Source: Priapulus caudatus (taxonomy: Eukaryota). Taken from it: a DNA stretch of 64,000 nt. Positions within the stretch are counted from its first letter, which is position 1. Each line of letters starts with the position of its first letter. The DNA lies in contig NW_014577069.1 in NCBI RefSeq assembly GCF_000485595.1, positions 553,484 through 617,483 of the forward strand, read 5' to 3'. A model generated the notes under the pieces. The model had not been told where the DNA came from. It was given only the letters and a program-made list of their open reading frames with translations, and searched no databases. The position numbers and the translations under genes are program-made. Shown here in pieces: positions 63,885 to 64,000 of this stretch.

Positions 63885-64000
63885 TCTTGCCTTAACTTCT
63901 TCTTCTGTACCTATATCTATCTATCTATCTATCTATTTTCCTGCCTCAACTTCTTCTTCTGTACCTATATCTATCTATCTATCTATCTATTTTCCTATCT
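63885..64000. repeat. ~55-bp tandem unit containing (CTT)n and (CTAT)n, running off the window
   Basis: aacttcttcttctgtacctatatctatc..attttcct present twice. Confidence 0.75.

Overview
Metazoan (invertebrate-type) genomic DNA, rich in introns, microsatellites and MITEs, with three N gaps and several indel-rich, apparently unpolished stretches. Three protein-coding loci lie on the minus strand. (1) An almost complete Enhancer of zeste / EZH1-2 (PRC2 H3K27 methyltransferase) gene, with about 16-17 coding exons between 21622 and 689; the terminal exon was not found in the window. (2) The isolated last coding exon of an FBXL16 orthologue (31290-31142), absent from the ORF track. (3) An intronless 517-aa three-Ig-domain type I membrane receptor (61445-59892) with two ITIM-type motifs and a PDZ-binding C-terminus. 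The most unusual structure is inside E(z): three introns carry tandem arrays whose repeat unit is a copy of the neighbouring splice junction (one donor array, two acceptor arrays), and the copies read carry in-frame stops. A fourth intron is filled by a 27-bp satellite in inverted (foldback-like) arrangement. Exons next to these arrays are extremely GC3-rich, whereas other exons are AT3-rich. Also present: a Penelope-like GIY-YIG remnant with inverted pLTRs carrying hammerhead-ribozyme motifs, two LINE RT relics, many MITEs (two with TTAGGG cores), a GC-AG intron, and kb-scale duplications that may be assembly artefacts.
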